Positions 42,390 through 54,858 of a DNA stretch of 64,000 nucleotides are shown here, piece by piece (position 1 is the stretch's first letter; the number at the start of each line of letters is the position of its first letter). Under the pieces are notes generated by a model. The model had not been told where the DNA came from and made no database searches. It worked only from the letters and a program-made list of their open reading frames with translations. This stretch comes from Octopus vulgaris (lineage: Eukaryota): positions 33,604,001 to 33,668,000 of the forward strand of contig OX597833.1 of assembly GCA_951406725.2 (NCBI GenBank), in the 5' to 3' direction. The position numbers were made by a program, and so were the translations under genes.

Positions 42390-42795
42390 ATCACAGACAA
42401 GACTTCAACCAAGTAGTAGATAATATCAAGGATCCACTGGTAAAACCTCAGCCTTGTAGCATTTTACATCAAAGACTCAATGACATGACCTCAACCATGT
42501 AACAACTGATAGCAATGGATTCACTGACAAGATTTCAACCATGTAGTAGATAACGTCAACAGACCTGCTGACAAAACCTCAGTCATGCAGCGTTTTACAT
42601 CAAAGACTCATTGACATGACTTCAACTGATAGCAAAAGATTCACTGACAGAATTGGAGCCATGTAATTGTTAACATTAATAAACTTACTGACAGGATTTG
42701 AGCCACACCCATTGACAAAACTTCAGCCATGTAGCAATTAATAGTAATGGACTGAGTAATAGATCTTGAGCAATGTAGCAACCACTCAACAAGTG
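42390..42795. repeat. degenerate ~43-bp minisatellite with 130-bp higher-order unit
   Basis: GACA..ACTTCAACCATGTAG-like units at ~42396, 42439, 42482, 42526, 42570, 42613, 42646, 42690. Confidence 0.7.
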
Positions 42796-43018
42796 GTCAC
42801 TTTTCTACCTCAAATTTAGTACTTATATTACTTATATTAAATATCTCAGCTATTAGATAGTTTTTAAAGGTGGAACTTGGAGTAGATAAAATTATAAATA
42901 ATAGCATGTAGTATACTGGGTTAAAAACACCCTTAGATGGAAATCATCAAAGGCTGTGCATTGGATTCAAACCCACATAAACATGGTTGATGTTCTAACC
43001 ATTATACCAAAGCAGCAC

Positions 43019-46000
43019 TGTGGTGTATGCGAGAGATTCGAAATAAAGGCACCTACCTTCTCTTCGCTCAGATGGAGACCCTTCAGCGGTAATGGATCCT
43101 TCAACACAGCCCGACCTGAACGCTAGAAATAGCAGCTGCTTCTCCCAACCTTAACAACGTGCTGGCCCGTCTTCCTCGCTTGACGACTGCGATCGAAAAG
43201 GGCCAAATGCCACCCTACCTGCGCACGCGTCACTGCTGCCCCTTCCGGTCAGCCCCAAGTTCCGATCAGCTCCCCAGCTGCTGACATCATCCCACGCGCC
43301 ACCCTGATCTTAAAGATCACAATCTCTCTACTCCATGTTGTAGTCCACCATCCAACCGGGAGGGCGCCTTGCGCATTGAGATCTTCTGAAGCTAGGCACC
43401 TCATTCTCCCCCTTTCCACAATCGTCGTCTGTCGAAGCGACAATGCTGCAAAGGTCCAAGACGTGTCGCGGCATTCCATCCACGGAGACGTTGTTTCTGG
43501 AATTGACCGGCGTCACCATTCCTCTGCTCCATTGAGACATACAGCGCGCCTTCGGTGGCTTTACCCAGACTTCCTCCCCTATTTTTACACAAGCGGGTCC
43601 CTTCTCTTCCTCGTGGCCCTCCGGCGCTTTACTCGAGTGCCTCCATTCATATTTAAATACAGCTCTCTGCGGCACAGATTCTTCAGCTTGTCCAGATCGG
43701 GGAGACAATTTGTACCAAAAAACTGCTTCAGGCGGTGAAATGTGCCCTCTTTTCGCTATGACCTTGACTGTCCGATGGTGCCTTTCTACGACCCCGTTGT
43801 CCATTAGCAGTTCTTCCGCGGGACCTCTCTCTAAAAATATCCCATTCAAGATCTGCGCGCAATCTCATCAGCAATGCCCGTTCTCAACTCCCTCCAAATG
43901 GCCAGCCAGCCCAGCCCGCAGTCGACCATGGAGAGATACATTCCCTGACGGTAGTGCGTCACATCCACAGCTAGCCTTTTCCAGTTGTGCTCCACCGAAA
44001 GGTTTCCCTGCTCATGCCCACATGGAGCAAGGTCAATGGACTGACACCTGTTGCAGCTCCCGACCACTTTTTGGATGCTTCTCCTAGTGAACGTCACCAT
44101 CAATTTTCTTCGCCAGATTCAGGGTCCTGTCAACACCCAAGTGATGCATAGCATGCAATCTCTTCAGTTCAGTGTCATCCAACCGACACGCCCCAGCTAT
44201 CTCTTTCCGGGCCTCCTCTGGTTCCTCCAACCATGCCCTTTTCACCCTGGTCAGTGCGTCCACCCTGTTTTTCTCCAAAGGCATGAAAATCACGTTCAGC
44301 TTCAGTCTGAACTCGGCAATCAATTCTCCTAGAACTCCTAGACTGCGCTTCACCAACATCTCCGTGGCACCTTTCGTCCGAACTCTCCTTTCACCGGTAA
44401 TCACCGATCCTACCCAGCCAAGCACAGTGGCCGAAGCCGTCCGGATTTCAATTATTCGCAGCCCCCATTTCAGGGCCAAGTTCACCCCTTTCAGCACCAC
44501 GTCTAATTCGGCGACATTGATGTGGTTGAAGTCATCTGCTTTCCGAAGCCTGGCTGCGTCCTCCACCGCAGTGCCTTCGATCACCAACACAATCCCTATC
44601 GCTATACTGCTAGCATCACACCAGACGATACCACATTCCGTCTTGGGCACGTACCAGTTCCCCCTGACTGGGTCTTCCACTCTCGTCCTCTCTAGGATTT
44701 CCTGCATCATCGCCACCGTCCCTTCTCCCACCTTGTCGCCCCAACTCTCCCCCTCCGCTCATCTCTTGGTGTAACTGCATGCCGTGCGCAGCCATCCAGC
44801 AATCAGGTAGTGACCAACCAACTTCCCACACACCAAGAACAGCTCTCCCCTGCTGACACTGGAACTCAGCTCTGGGATTTCATTCCCTCTCCGGAACACC
44901 AATTCACCCGATCTATCTCTTCACAGCTTCAGCCCCAGTGCGGCTTCCTCTTCCATCGACTCTGGTGGCTTTGCAATCAGTCTGAACTTCTCCAGATGTC
45001 TAACTACCTCGTTGGCTGGCACTACAGTTTCGTCCACCAAAATGTTGTCAATGTAGGAGCTGGTGGCCTTTCTAATCTTGCCGTCTTTCCCTAGGACAGA
45101 CTTAAGCACTGCCACCATGATCTTCGGAGCGGAATTCAGTTCGAAACCCAGCCTGGTTAAGCAGTACGTCCGGCCTTTGTACCGCACCAGCTGATATCGC
45201 CACAGTTTATCGCTCACATGGAGCTACAAGTATGCCGATTTCAAGTTGACAATCGTCGCTACCTTGGTCGACTGTCTCCATGCATTTAACGTCTCGCCAC
45301 AAACGTCCGTCGCCTCACCTCCCGTGTGACACGATATATGCTGGTTTAGCTCCCTGAAGTCCGGCACCAGTCTGACTTTTCCCTTCGTAGGCTGCACCAC
45401 CGCCATCAGGGGTAGCACTTCGCCCGCTACCTCCTCCTCCCAAGGGACAAGGACCTTTCCTTGATCCACCTCTCCACCTCGGCTTCAAACTCGACCCTGG
45501 CGTGGCTTTTCAGGATATGCTGGTAGCAGCTCACTCTGTTTTTCAGCATCGGGGGCTCGTCCTTCCATCGACACTCAATCGTCCAATGCTGACCATCGAA
45601 CGCCGCCTGAAAATCTTTGTCCTTGATGGTGTAAGTGGCACAGTCCCTCGCAAAGCTCTGCTCTCTCTGGCAACCCTGACTCGCAGTGCACCTCGCCCCC
45701 ACGCTTCCAAACATGACCTCATCTCCCACAATACTGACGCCACTGAGGCGGTTGATGGCGTCCATCCCCATCACCACATCAACCCCATCTATCACGCGTT
45801 CAGCTACAATTACATGCAGCCTTAGCGTCGCGCCGCACACTACTATCTCTACCTTGCTGCTGCCTTTACAACGGATTTTGCTGCCGTCGACCGCCCGTAC
45901 GCTACTTGCCCCGTTCCATTTCTTCATCACCCTTGAAGTCACAAGGGTGGTCTTGCAGCCCGTATCCACGAGGGCCTTGAACGTCTTCCCTCAGCCTCCA

Positions 46001-47095
46001 CATCAATTAATGCAGCGTCTCCAAAATCGCCTCTACTCGTTTGCGGGAAATGTTCGAGAGGCAGCAACTTCCCTGCAGTCGTTTCCCTGGTCGCAATCAC
46101 AGGCGATGTGCCCTGTCTGCCTGCATCGATAGCAAACGGGCCCCGTTTGCATACACTCCCTTGCCATGTGTGGCCCCTGACATCTAAAACACCCACCTGA
46201 GAACAGCCACTGTCATTGCACGGTAGGCTTCCGCACGTCTTTCTCCGGCAGTTGGCCGTCTTTACGCACCTCTGTCACCGCCATTGCTATCGCCTTCCAC
46301 CCAGAGTGTCGCATCAACACACGGGCTTGAGTCACAAGTTCGCTCAGCGCCATCTTTTTACTCCCGGCCAATTATTGTAGGTGAATCCCTACATCATCGG
46401 GGAACCCATTTACGAACGCCAGTCACGCTGCTCTCTCCAGCCCTTCTCCTGTAAACCCAGCCAGCGTTGCTTACCTTCGAACTTCTGCCGCGTATTCGTC
46501 CACCTGTCCTCCCGTTCATCTAATCGTACCCAGCTTGGCAAAAGCTGTGTAGGCATCCCTCAGACGTTGCTCTATCTTTTCCTCGCTCAGACATTCTTCC
46601 TCGTCCATCTCAAGATATAGCGTCAACGCGCTCCCTTCCAAATACAGCGCCATAAGACTTGCCACATAGCTTACACCTTGCAGTCTTGCCACCAGCCTGA
46701 TTTTACGCATCCAGGCCACTACATCGCCTTCTCTATTAAAGGGTCTGATGATGTCGCTGGCGATCCTGATTTTCGCTTCCATCGTGGTGACGTCTTATAC
46801 GGAGTGCCGAAATAGTTTGTGGTGTATGCGAGAGATTTGAAATAAAGGCACATACCTTCTCTTCGCTCAGATGGAGACCCTTCAGCGGTAATGGATCCTT
46901 CAACACAGCCCGACCCGAATGCTAGAAATAGCAGCTGCTTCTCCCGACCTTAACAACGTGCTGGCCTATCTTCCTCGCTCGGCGACCGTGATCGAAAAGG
47001 GCCGAATGCCACCCTACCTGTGCGCACGTCACTGCTGCCCCTTCCGGTCAGCCCCAAGTTCCGGTCAGCTCCCCAGCTGCTGACGTCATCCCACA
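43019..47095 (-). mobile_element. full-length decayed LTR retrotransposon, Gypsy/Metaviridae domain order gag-PR-RT-RH-IN
   Basis: 278-bp LTRs 43019-43296 and 46818-47095 (TG..CA); AGCAC TSD at 43014-43018 and 47096-47100; two Zn knuckles, DTG protease, RT (DFRELN, YIDN), RNase H (WCDASS, AELD), integrase (HHCC, D..D..E). Confidence 0.95.
43328..46782 (-). pseudogene. frameshifted gag-pol of the LTR element
   Basis: ORF fragments 46516-46782, 45427-45969, 45224-45469, 44921-45217, 44084-44731, 43846-44103, 43328-43849; RT YxDD changed to YIDN; deletion in integrase core. Confidence 0.9.
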
Positions 47096-47182
47096 AGCAC
47101 TTCATTAGTAAGAGCAACACTTTGAAAATAGATGGAGAAAATTTAAAGTGTTGGTTGGAATAATGGTTAGAATGTCTGTCTA

Positions 47183-47603
47183 GGTGCAGGTGTGGCTGTG
47201 TGGTAAGAAGCTGCCTTCCCACCCATATGGTTCTGGGTTCAGTCCCACTGTGTGGCACCTTGGGCAAGTGTCTTCTACTACAGATTTGTGCCAATCAAAG
47301 CCTTGTGAGTGGATTTTGTAAATAGAAACTGAAAGAAGCCCATCATATATATATAGATGTGTGTTTTTGTGTGTGTGTGTATCTGTGTTTGTTCCCCCCC
47401 CCCCCACTTAACAACCAGTGTTGGTCTGTTTATGTCCCCATAACTTAGAGGTTTGGTTGAAAGAGACTGATAGAATAATTACCAGGTTTTAATAAAGATA
47501 AGTCCTGGGGTTGATTTATTCAACAAAAAGTTCTTCAAGGTGGTGCCCCAGCATGGCCACAGTCTAATGACTGAAACAGATAAAAGAAGGTAAAAGTAAA
47601 AGA
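47183..47603 (+). mobile_element. tRNA-derived SINE (family A)
   Basis: GGTGCAGGTGTGGCTGTGTGGTAAG head, GGTTCAGTCCC B-box, shared body. Confidence 0.8.
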
Positions 47604-47844
47604 ATCAGGTTCTCAAATTTGGGTTTGAATCCCACAAAGGAGCCTTCAACTTTCTTTCCATTCAAGGGAATTTTTTAACCCAATATTTTATTTGCTGTTA
47701 TTCATAACTATAACAACTTCAATTTCCCTGTTAAAGATAATTTACTTCATATCTCTTGAAGCTTCTAAATTCTTACAGTCTCAGCTGTTAGTTTATAATC
47801 TGAACTAAATCTTTAATCCTGTCTTATTTCATATTGTTTATCAG

Positions 47845-49154
47845 GTTTGACAAAAGTACAGCGAAGGAGACATGCTCCGCCACCCCCTCCACCTAGACGG
47901 GAATCACTGCTCTGTGAGAACAAAAGTGAACCGGGGACACCACTGACCCCACAAACACCAATTACGCCCTCGTCCACACCACAGACTCCAATCACACCTT
48001 ATGCTCCTCCACCACCAGCTTCAAGCCCACCTGTTACTCTGCCAACCACTGCTGAAGTTGCTGAAACTGCTGATGGCAATGTATTGGAAACAAAAAGAGC
48101 AGAAGACCGAGAGGGAGGAGTAGGTGAAGGCACACCATCCAAAGGGACGTCTGGCTTCAGCAGAGAGGAAGATATGACAGCTGCTGTTGCACCAGCAACA
48201 GCAATAACAGCAAGAACAACTTCACCCTCATCGTCATCGTTGTCATCATCATCATCGTCGTCGTCAACGACAACGATCAATTCACCGGCGGCAGCAGCAA
48301 TAGTGCAACCCACTTCACCAGTGGCACCTCCACCAGTGCCACCACTGGTACCTGCGTTGCCGCTGACAACAGCATCAACAACAACAGCAGCAGCAGCAGC
48401 AGCAACAACTGCAACAAGAACAGCAACCAAGACAACACCACCTCCTCCACCACCTCCACTATTACCACCACCTCCTCCTCCACCACCACCTATGCCACTA
48501 TCAACGACATCAACAACACCTCCACCAACACCACCCCCACCTCCACCACCAACACCACCGCCCCCTCCACCCCTGCAGTCATCATTGGCAACGGCAGCAG
48601 CAGCAGCAACAGCAGCAGCAGAGATGAGGAGGAGAGAACTTGCCGAGGCATATAAAACAACGACGTCAGCTACAGCATCACCAGCAACAGCAAGATCGGT
48701 GATGGTGTCAGGGTCTTCCACACCTCCGCCACCACCTCCACCACCCCCACTAACACTACCACCACCTCCATCAATGACTCCGCCTCCACCACCGCCACCA
48801 CCACCACTGACAACTTCTGCACTCCACTACCACAATAGTCACGACCACCTTGGGGAAGAGCAGAGCTGTGATCGGCGACGGAGGCGAGCTTCAGCTGGTG
48901 ATGATACCACTAACACAAACACCACAACTGCCACACTGTCAAGTAGCGACAGCTATCCTGGCAGTAGTGGTTCAATCTCCAGTGACTGCCTTGGAGATAG
49001 TTGGGTCTTGCAAGCTGTTGAACGGATCAAGAAAGATGCAAAGATCAATGTTCGTGAGAGCATCCTTGCCCTGCAAAGTGTTGTCCAATATTTCAAGGAG
49101 ACGGTGCCCGACATTGAGGACCTCTGCTCTCAGGCTTTGGCAGTCATTACAAAG
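47845..49154 (+). CDS. large Pro/Thr/Ser/Ala-rich exon ending in a predicted helical segment (VLQAVERIKKDAKINVRESILALQSVVQYFKETVPDIEDLCSQALAVITK)
   Basis: tttatcAG acceptor (phase 1, in frame with previous exon), AAG/GTAAGA donor, 1310 nt open, GC-richer than flanks. Confidence 0.9.
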
Positions 49155-49676
49155 GTAAGATGTGGTTTCAGCTTCCATGAAAATCATCATCATCATCATC
49201 ATCATTAACAGAGCTTTTATGATATAATAATGCAATCATTGTCAACCATCATCACAGCTGAGATTAATAGGATGTTTATATCAAAGATATCCTATATTTA
49301 TTATCATCATCATCTCACTGTCCAGTTTTTCCATGCTTGAATCACTTGGACAGAATTTACTGAAGCAGATTCTATACAAACAGATGTCCTTCCTGTCACT
49401 AACCCTCATCAGTTTCCCTGTTTCCAAGCAAGGTTAATATTTCTCCATGGCCAGCTATGTTCTCACAGAATATTGGAAATAAATGACAATAACTGTATGA
49501 CAGTGATAATCATTTATAGCTATTACGCAATACCAAGACAAGGACACACACATACACACACTCATACATATATGCATACATACACACACACACATATACA
49601 TACAGGCATGTGTGTGTGTAAACTTGATGTATTGAGTACTCTTATCTTCCATTGTAAATTCAAACATTTCTGCTTA

Positions 49677-50498
49677 CCAGGTTGAGTCAAAAATCTTTTT
49701 CATATTTCAAGCTTTAATTAATATTTCAAACAAATTATATACAAAAAGTGCTTATTCTTCATATTCTATTGTATGTTGCCATTACTGTGCTAGAAGCTCA
49801 GAGAAATGAAGATTTGATTCAGTTTTTCTTAAACGAGAAAAACTTTGACCAAGATCCAAAAGGTAACAGAAGAAATGACAGATGATTATGTGCAAGACCC
49901 TTCTGAAGTCCCAAGTGTTATGCATAAAACTGTCATGGTTTTAGGGGTTATCAGCAAGGAAGGGCATGTGATGCCTCCTTACATCTTTCTACAAAGCCTT
50001 AGAGTTAATTCTGCCGCCTACATTGATGTCCTGGAAAATAACTGTTAAGCCTTGGATAGACAGTGTATGTAATAGAAGGCCATATGTGTTTCAGTAAAAC
50101 TCTGCACTATCACACATGGGTCTAGTAAAATAGGAATGGATGGCTGAAAATTTTCATGATCACACAACCCCTAACATTTGATCTCCTAATTCCCCAGATC
50201 TCAATCAATAGGACTGTTACATGTGGAGCATTGTTGAGAGAGAGGTCAATGAACATGCCCATAACACCAAAGATTCTTTGAAAGCTGCCATAGTCAGAGT
50301 AATGTCCAAAATGAACCAGGACCACTTGATTCAAGCATGTAGATGATTTAGATCTCATATAGAAGCAGTTGTTGAAGCTGAAGGTGGCTTTATTGATAAC
50401 ATTATAGAAAAGAAGGTTTATTTTTATCTTCATAGCATTTTTTGATGTATATATATATCAGATTTATAAATCTGTCTTCAAATATCTTACGCACCCTG
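49677..50498 (+). mobile_element. Tc1/mariner maT (DD37D-like) remnant
   Basis: VMVLGVISKEGHVMPP..VNSAAYIDVL, KPWIDSV..PYVFQ, PNSPDLN; termini CAGGTTGAGT / ACGCACCCTG. Confidence 0.7.
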
Positions 50499-50748
50499 TG
50501 TGTGTATATATATATATTTATATGTGCATGTGTGTGTGTGTGTATTTTTGGGTGTCTTGACAATCAATGCTGGTGTGTTTACATCCCCATAACTTAGTAG
50601 TTCAACAAAAGAGGCCGATAGAATAAGTGCCAGGCTTACAAATAATCATTCCTGGGGTCGATTTGTTTGACTAAAGGCAGAGCTCCAGCAAGGCCATGAT
50701 CGATTGACTGAAACAAATAAAAGAATAACAGAATATATGTTTTACATA

Positions 50749-52490
50749 CGGACATACCTCACCCTACATTGTTAATTGGTTCCAGGAGACACGACTTAAG
50801 TTGTTTTGTGACTTAAATCAAATTAACTTGCCTCCTAGGCTAGACTAGGCCAAATTTACTTGTCTCTAGGCTAAACCAAAAACAACCATTCCCAGTTCTG
50901 TACTTTATTTCTGAATGCATTTTCAATAATACATGGTTAATAAAAACCTATTTTAAGCTTACAAACAAATAATTATTATCTTTTAATACAGTACAGTAAA
51001 AAAAAAAGTAATCTAAATTTATGAATACAATTTGGTGGTGTTTACCATACATTTACCAGTTTATTTATGAATGTGGTTTGCAATAAGACAAGGTAAAATA
51101 AAAGCCTTTTTTAAGCTTAAAAAACAAATTCAGTAATTATTATTATTTTGCAATAGTAAAAAAAACTAAATTATTTAAAATTTACCAACACATACATACA
51201 ATTTCATGGTTTACATCATGGATGTAGATGGCTGTGGATCGTTGACATGATCAACTGACTCTGGCTGTTCTTGTTGTTCAAGAACAAGTTAAAAACTGGT
51301 TGTGAGTTCCTTGAACTGTCTTCTTTTCCTCAAAGATTACATTATAGGGAGCAAAGCCCCCATAACCTTGGAAAAGTGTTGATCATTTGGATTCATATCC
51401 TTGAACATATAAAGACCTTTTTCAATATATGGAAATGCTTGCTACATTTTCTTAATGGTAAAGTGATGTGGCTCAGGTTCAACTTCCTCTTCTTCTTTAT
51501 TTTTCTGCTCCTGATGCTCTACCAAATCCTCATTCATCAGGGGCTGCTTGTCTTTTTCAAATAAATCTCTGAATTCCTCCTCCTTCAAATCCATTTTCAG
51601 TTCTTTGCTGGCAACATTATCGAACCCCTTAAAATCATTCAATTGCGGCATAGCTTCTTCCATACGCCATTCATAACCGTGCTCTGTATATCATTCCATG
51701 CCACTGCTATGTTCTGTACAGCCTTGTAGATATATCTCTTCCAAAAGTCATGGAATATGATGGACTTGTCAAGATCAGTTACAGCTATTGCTTGCCACAG
51801 CATACGCTTTATATAGTAATGCTTGGAGATAGCAATTATTCTCTGATCCATTGGCTGCAGAAGAGGCATGATGTTCAGTGGGAGGTATACGAGTGTAACA
51901 TTGGGATCAAAATCTACAATGTTTTACTGGTGGCCAGGAGCATTGTCTAAGATAAGTAAAACCTTAAAGGAATCCCCTTCTCCTTACAGTATTTCTTTGC
52001 TGCTGTTGCTGTTGGAATAAAATGATTGAAGGACCAATCTTCAAAAACAACGACTGTAACCCATGCTTTTGAATTAGCCATCCATATAACAAGGAGAGAT
52101 GCCTTGGTTATGTTCTTCAGGGCATGGGGGTTGTGTGCATGATACACAAACAATGGCTTTAAATTAAAATCTGCACAATTACCTCCCAACATAATGGTTA
52201 CACGTTCTTTTGAGACCTTGAAGACTGGAATAGTTTTCTCCTCCTTAGAAATGAATGAATGGTCTGGCAATTTTTTCCAATACAACCCAGTTTTATCTGC
52301 ATTGAAAATCTGTTCGAGAAGAAACCTGTTTTCTTCGATGATTTTCTTTAATGCATTAGGAAATTCTGCTGCTATTTGTTCATCAACTGATACACTTTCA
52401 CCTTGCTTCTTAATGGAGTGATAACTTCTTCGCTCTTTAAATCTCGTGAATCAACCTTGACTTGACTTCATTCTACATCTTTCTCATCGG
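50749..52490 (-). mobile_element. pogo/Tigger (TIGD1-like) transposase remnant
   Basis: YWKKLP..FISKEEK..KVSKERVTIMLGGN..LKPLFVY..NP.ALK..W.ANSKAWVT; LLQPMDQ.II. Confidence 0.85.
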
Positions 52491-52666
52491 ACACATTGTC
52501 TGCGTCTGATTAGTATTTGCCAGGGAAGGTCATCACTCTCATCTCTAGCCTTATGGGATAAACACAGACCTGAGTTTCTGGGTAGTTATATATATATGTG
52601 TGTGTGTGTGTATGTATATATATATATATATATGTTTATATATGTATATGTGTATATATATATACA

Positions 52667-53075
52667 AGAAAGAAGCAACAAGAATGGATTGGTTTTTAGT
52701 ACAATTGTTTCATACAAAGACAGGCTTTATTACAAGTTGCAAAAATTGCAGATATATCTGCCTCTAATGGAACTATCTCCAATATCTCATGAGTATAACC
52801 TCACCCACTAAGATGTCTAGAGAACTCAAATGTATTTTAGCTGATGAGTACGAGACACTTTTATCTGCTGCAATTTTTGCAACTTATAATAAAGCCTGTC
52901 TTTGTATGAAACAATTGTACTAAAAACCAATCCATTCTTGTTGCTTCTTTCTCGTTTATAATCACCCCACATTACTGTATGGATAACACCATATAGTTTT
53001 TCTGGTGCATCTAAGTTAAATACCACATTCAAGTAAATTCATTGGAAGTTACTTGAATCTTAATTGCTTTGATTG
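52667..53075. mobile_element. PLE-like fold-back module in (TA)n
   Basis: 85-bp inverted arms 52667-52751 and 52868-52952. Confidence 0.75.
52835..52925 (+). ncRNA. type I hammerhead ribozyme, intact core, expanded helix II
   Basis: TTTTAG-CTGATGA-GTAC..GTAT-GAAA-CAATT-GTA-CTAAAA; 6-bp helix I; palindromic ACAATTGT; GUA site. Confidence 0.85.
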
Positions 53076-53307
53076 TATATATATATATATATATTTATAT
53101 AGGTTATAAGAGGTAATGGTGTCATTGAGACCCAAAGGTGTCAGGTAATGCTGAATAAGTGCTATAGATGAACCACAGTTAAGTTCCAGGTTTGGTGAAT
53201 AAGAGGTTCAACATTGGTCATATGTTAGCATGTGAATATAATTTTTTTTTTCGTAATGAGATAAAAAGTCAAGGCTGCGTAGATTTTAGAACATTTATAG
53301 ATAGACG

Positions 53308-53355
53308 GTCTTACAGCTGTTTCCAGGATATTTATTATATCCCTTCATCGGAGCT
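53308..53355 (-). ncRNA. hammerhead motif (CCGAUGA core) in PLE remnant ~53100-53650
   Basis: CCGATGA-AGGGATAT..ATATCCTG-GAAA-CAGCT-GTA-AGAC; helix I partly decayed; family of 17171-17225. Confidence 0.7.
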
Positions 53356-54604
53356 GGTGTGAGAGGATGGTTAAGAAATAGTTGATTTAGATATGATATA
53401 AAATAGAGAGTGAAGTTGAGGAAATAAAAGAAAATAGATGTGAGATATGTAGGGATATTGCATTTGTAGATCCATTTTTTTTTTAGGCAGAATGGTATAC
53501 ATATAATATTCCAATACCTTATGAGTAAAATCCAGTAGTATTTAAAATTGCTCATTCCAAGTGTAGAGTTTACACAGTGTTATTGAATCCAGGGTTGTGT
53601 TAGTGACCTAAAAATAGGGAGTGTATTAGTAGGCTCAAATCAAACCCCCCCCCCGGAAGAGAGGAATGGAGAAAGAGAAAAAGAAGAGAAAAAAGAGAGA
53701 AGAAAGTAAGAAGAAAAATAACAAAATAATATAATAAAAAATAAAAAACAGGAAGAGAGGAATAAAGGAAAATAAAGATATATATAAGGGAAAATGTACC
53801 ATTTAGTGGTCAGTGGAGATAATTTGAAAGTAGGAGATAAAGGGTGATAGAGAGAAAAAGGTATTAAAGTGTAAGAAGATAGAAGGAAGTGGGGTGGTAA
53901 TAAAAGGTAAAGGAGTGACACATGTAGTGATAGAGTCTAAGTGATGGGGTAGAGATAGGGTTAGTAGCAAAGAATGAAGAATGAAAAATTAAGGTTTGGC
54001 AGGTCAGTGCTTAGTAATATAAGAAAATATATATGTGAAGATGTATACATATGTACATATTAGACATGTATATATATATTTATACAGATGTTTATACATA
54101 TCAATATCTACATATACAACTCTTAGTCAATACACTTGCGCACCCACATATATGTGCATCTGCATGTATTATCGCCTTGTATACGCAGGTATATATACCT
54201 ATTTCTTTACTACCCACAAGGGACTAAACACAGAGAGGACAAACAAGGACAGACACACAGATTAAGTCGATTATATCGACCCCAGTGCGTAACTGGTACT
54301 TATTTAATCGACCCGGAAAGGATGAAAGGCAAAGTTGAACTCAGAATGTAAAAGCAGATACCTTGCATACCTACATACATTCACACATACATACATATAC
54401 GCATACACACATTCATACATATACACGCACATATGAATGGATGCACGTACACATAAATATAATTAGATGGTTGTGATGAGTGAGGAATTAGATTGGGATT
54501 AGGAGTTAGAATGTAGATTTATAGGGTTATTGGGATTACCTAAGGGGTATTGTGGAAATGTAGTGTATGGTCGTTTAGGCATTTGGATTTGTGGTAGAAT
54601 TTGA

Positions 54605-54742
54605 ATGTGTGAAAAAAGCAGTGGTTGCATGTGCTTAGTGCCTCATTATGTTTATTTAGCAGTGCTGGAGAGTTGTGCTTTAATATGTGAAGTGCCTCTA
54701 TCAGGCAAGGTTTGCAGGTTGAGCGTTGACCTCGGCCAGCCA
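54605..54742 (-). pseudogene. PLE (Naiad-like) GIY-YIG C-terminal fragment
   Basis: TCKPCLIEALHILKHNSPALLNKHNEALSTCNH aligns to KCRLCLAE..LLN..SEIFSGCMH at 4687-5196. Confidence 0.65.
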
Positions 54743-54858
54743 GGTAGTATGTGTTAATAATAATAATATTACAACAAAAGGATGATTGAGACCTCGATAT
54801 TATGTAAAATAGAGAAATTTATCTATAAATATGATATGTGACTATTAGTTGGTTGTCA

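Noticed and set aside
42390-42795. Repeat-spacer-like look suggesting a CRISPR array
   Set aside because: Whole units are homologous, no unique spacers, no cas genes, eukaryotic context
43122-43134. GCTAGAAATAGCA, identical to part of the SpCas9 sgRNA scaffold
   Set aside because: 13-mer coincidence present in both LTRs and resembling a host repeat; no other vector or CRISPR sequence
47999-48721. 240-aa Gly/Val/Ala-rich - strand ORF
   Set aside because: Antisense shadow of the proline-rich exon
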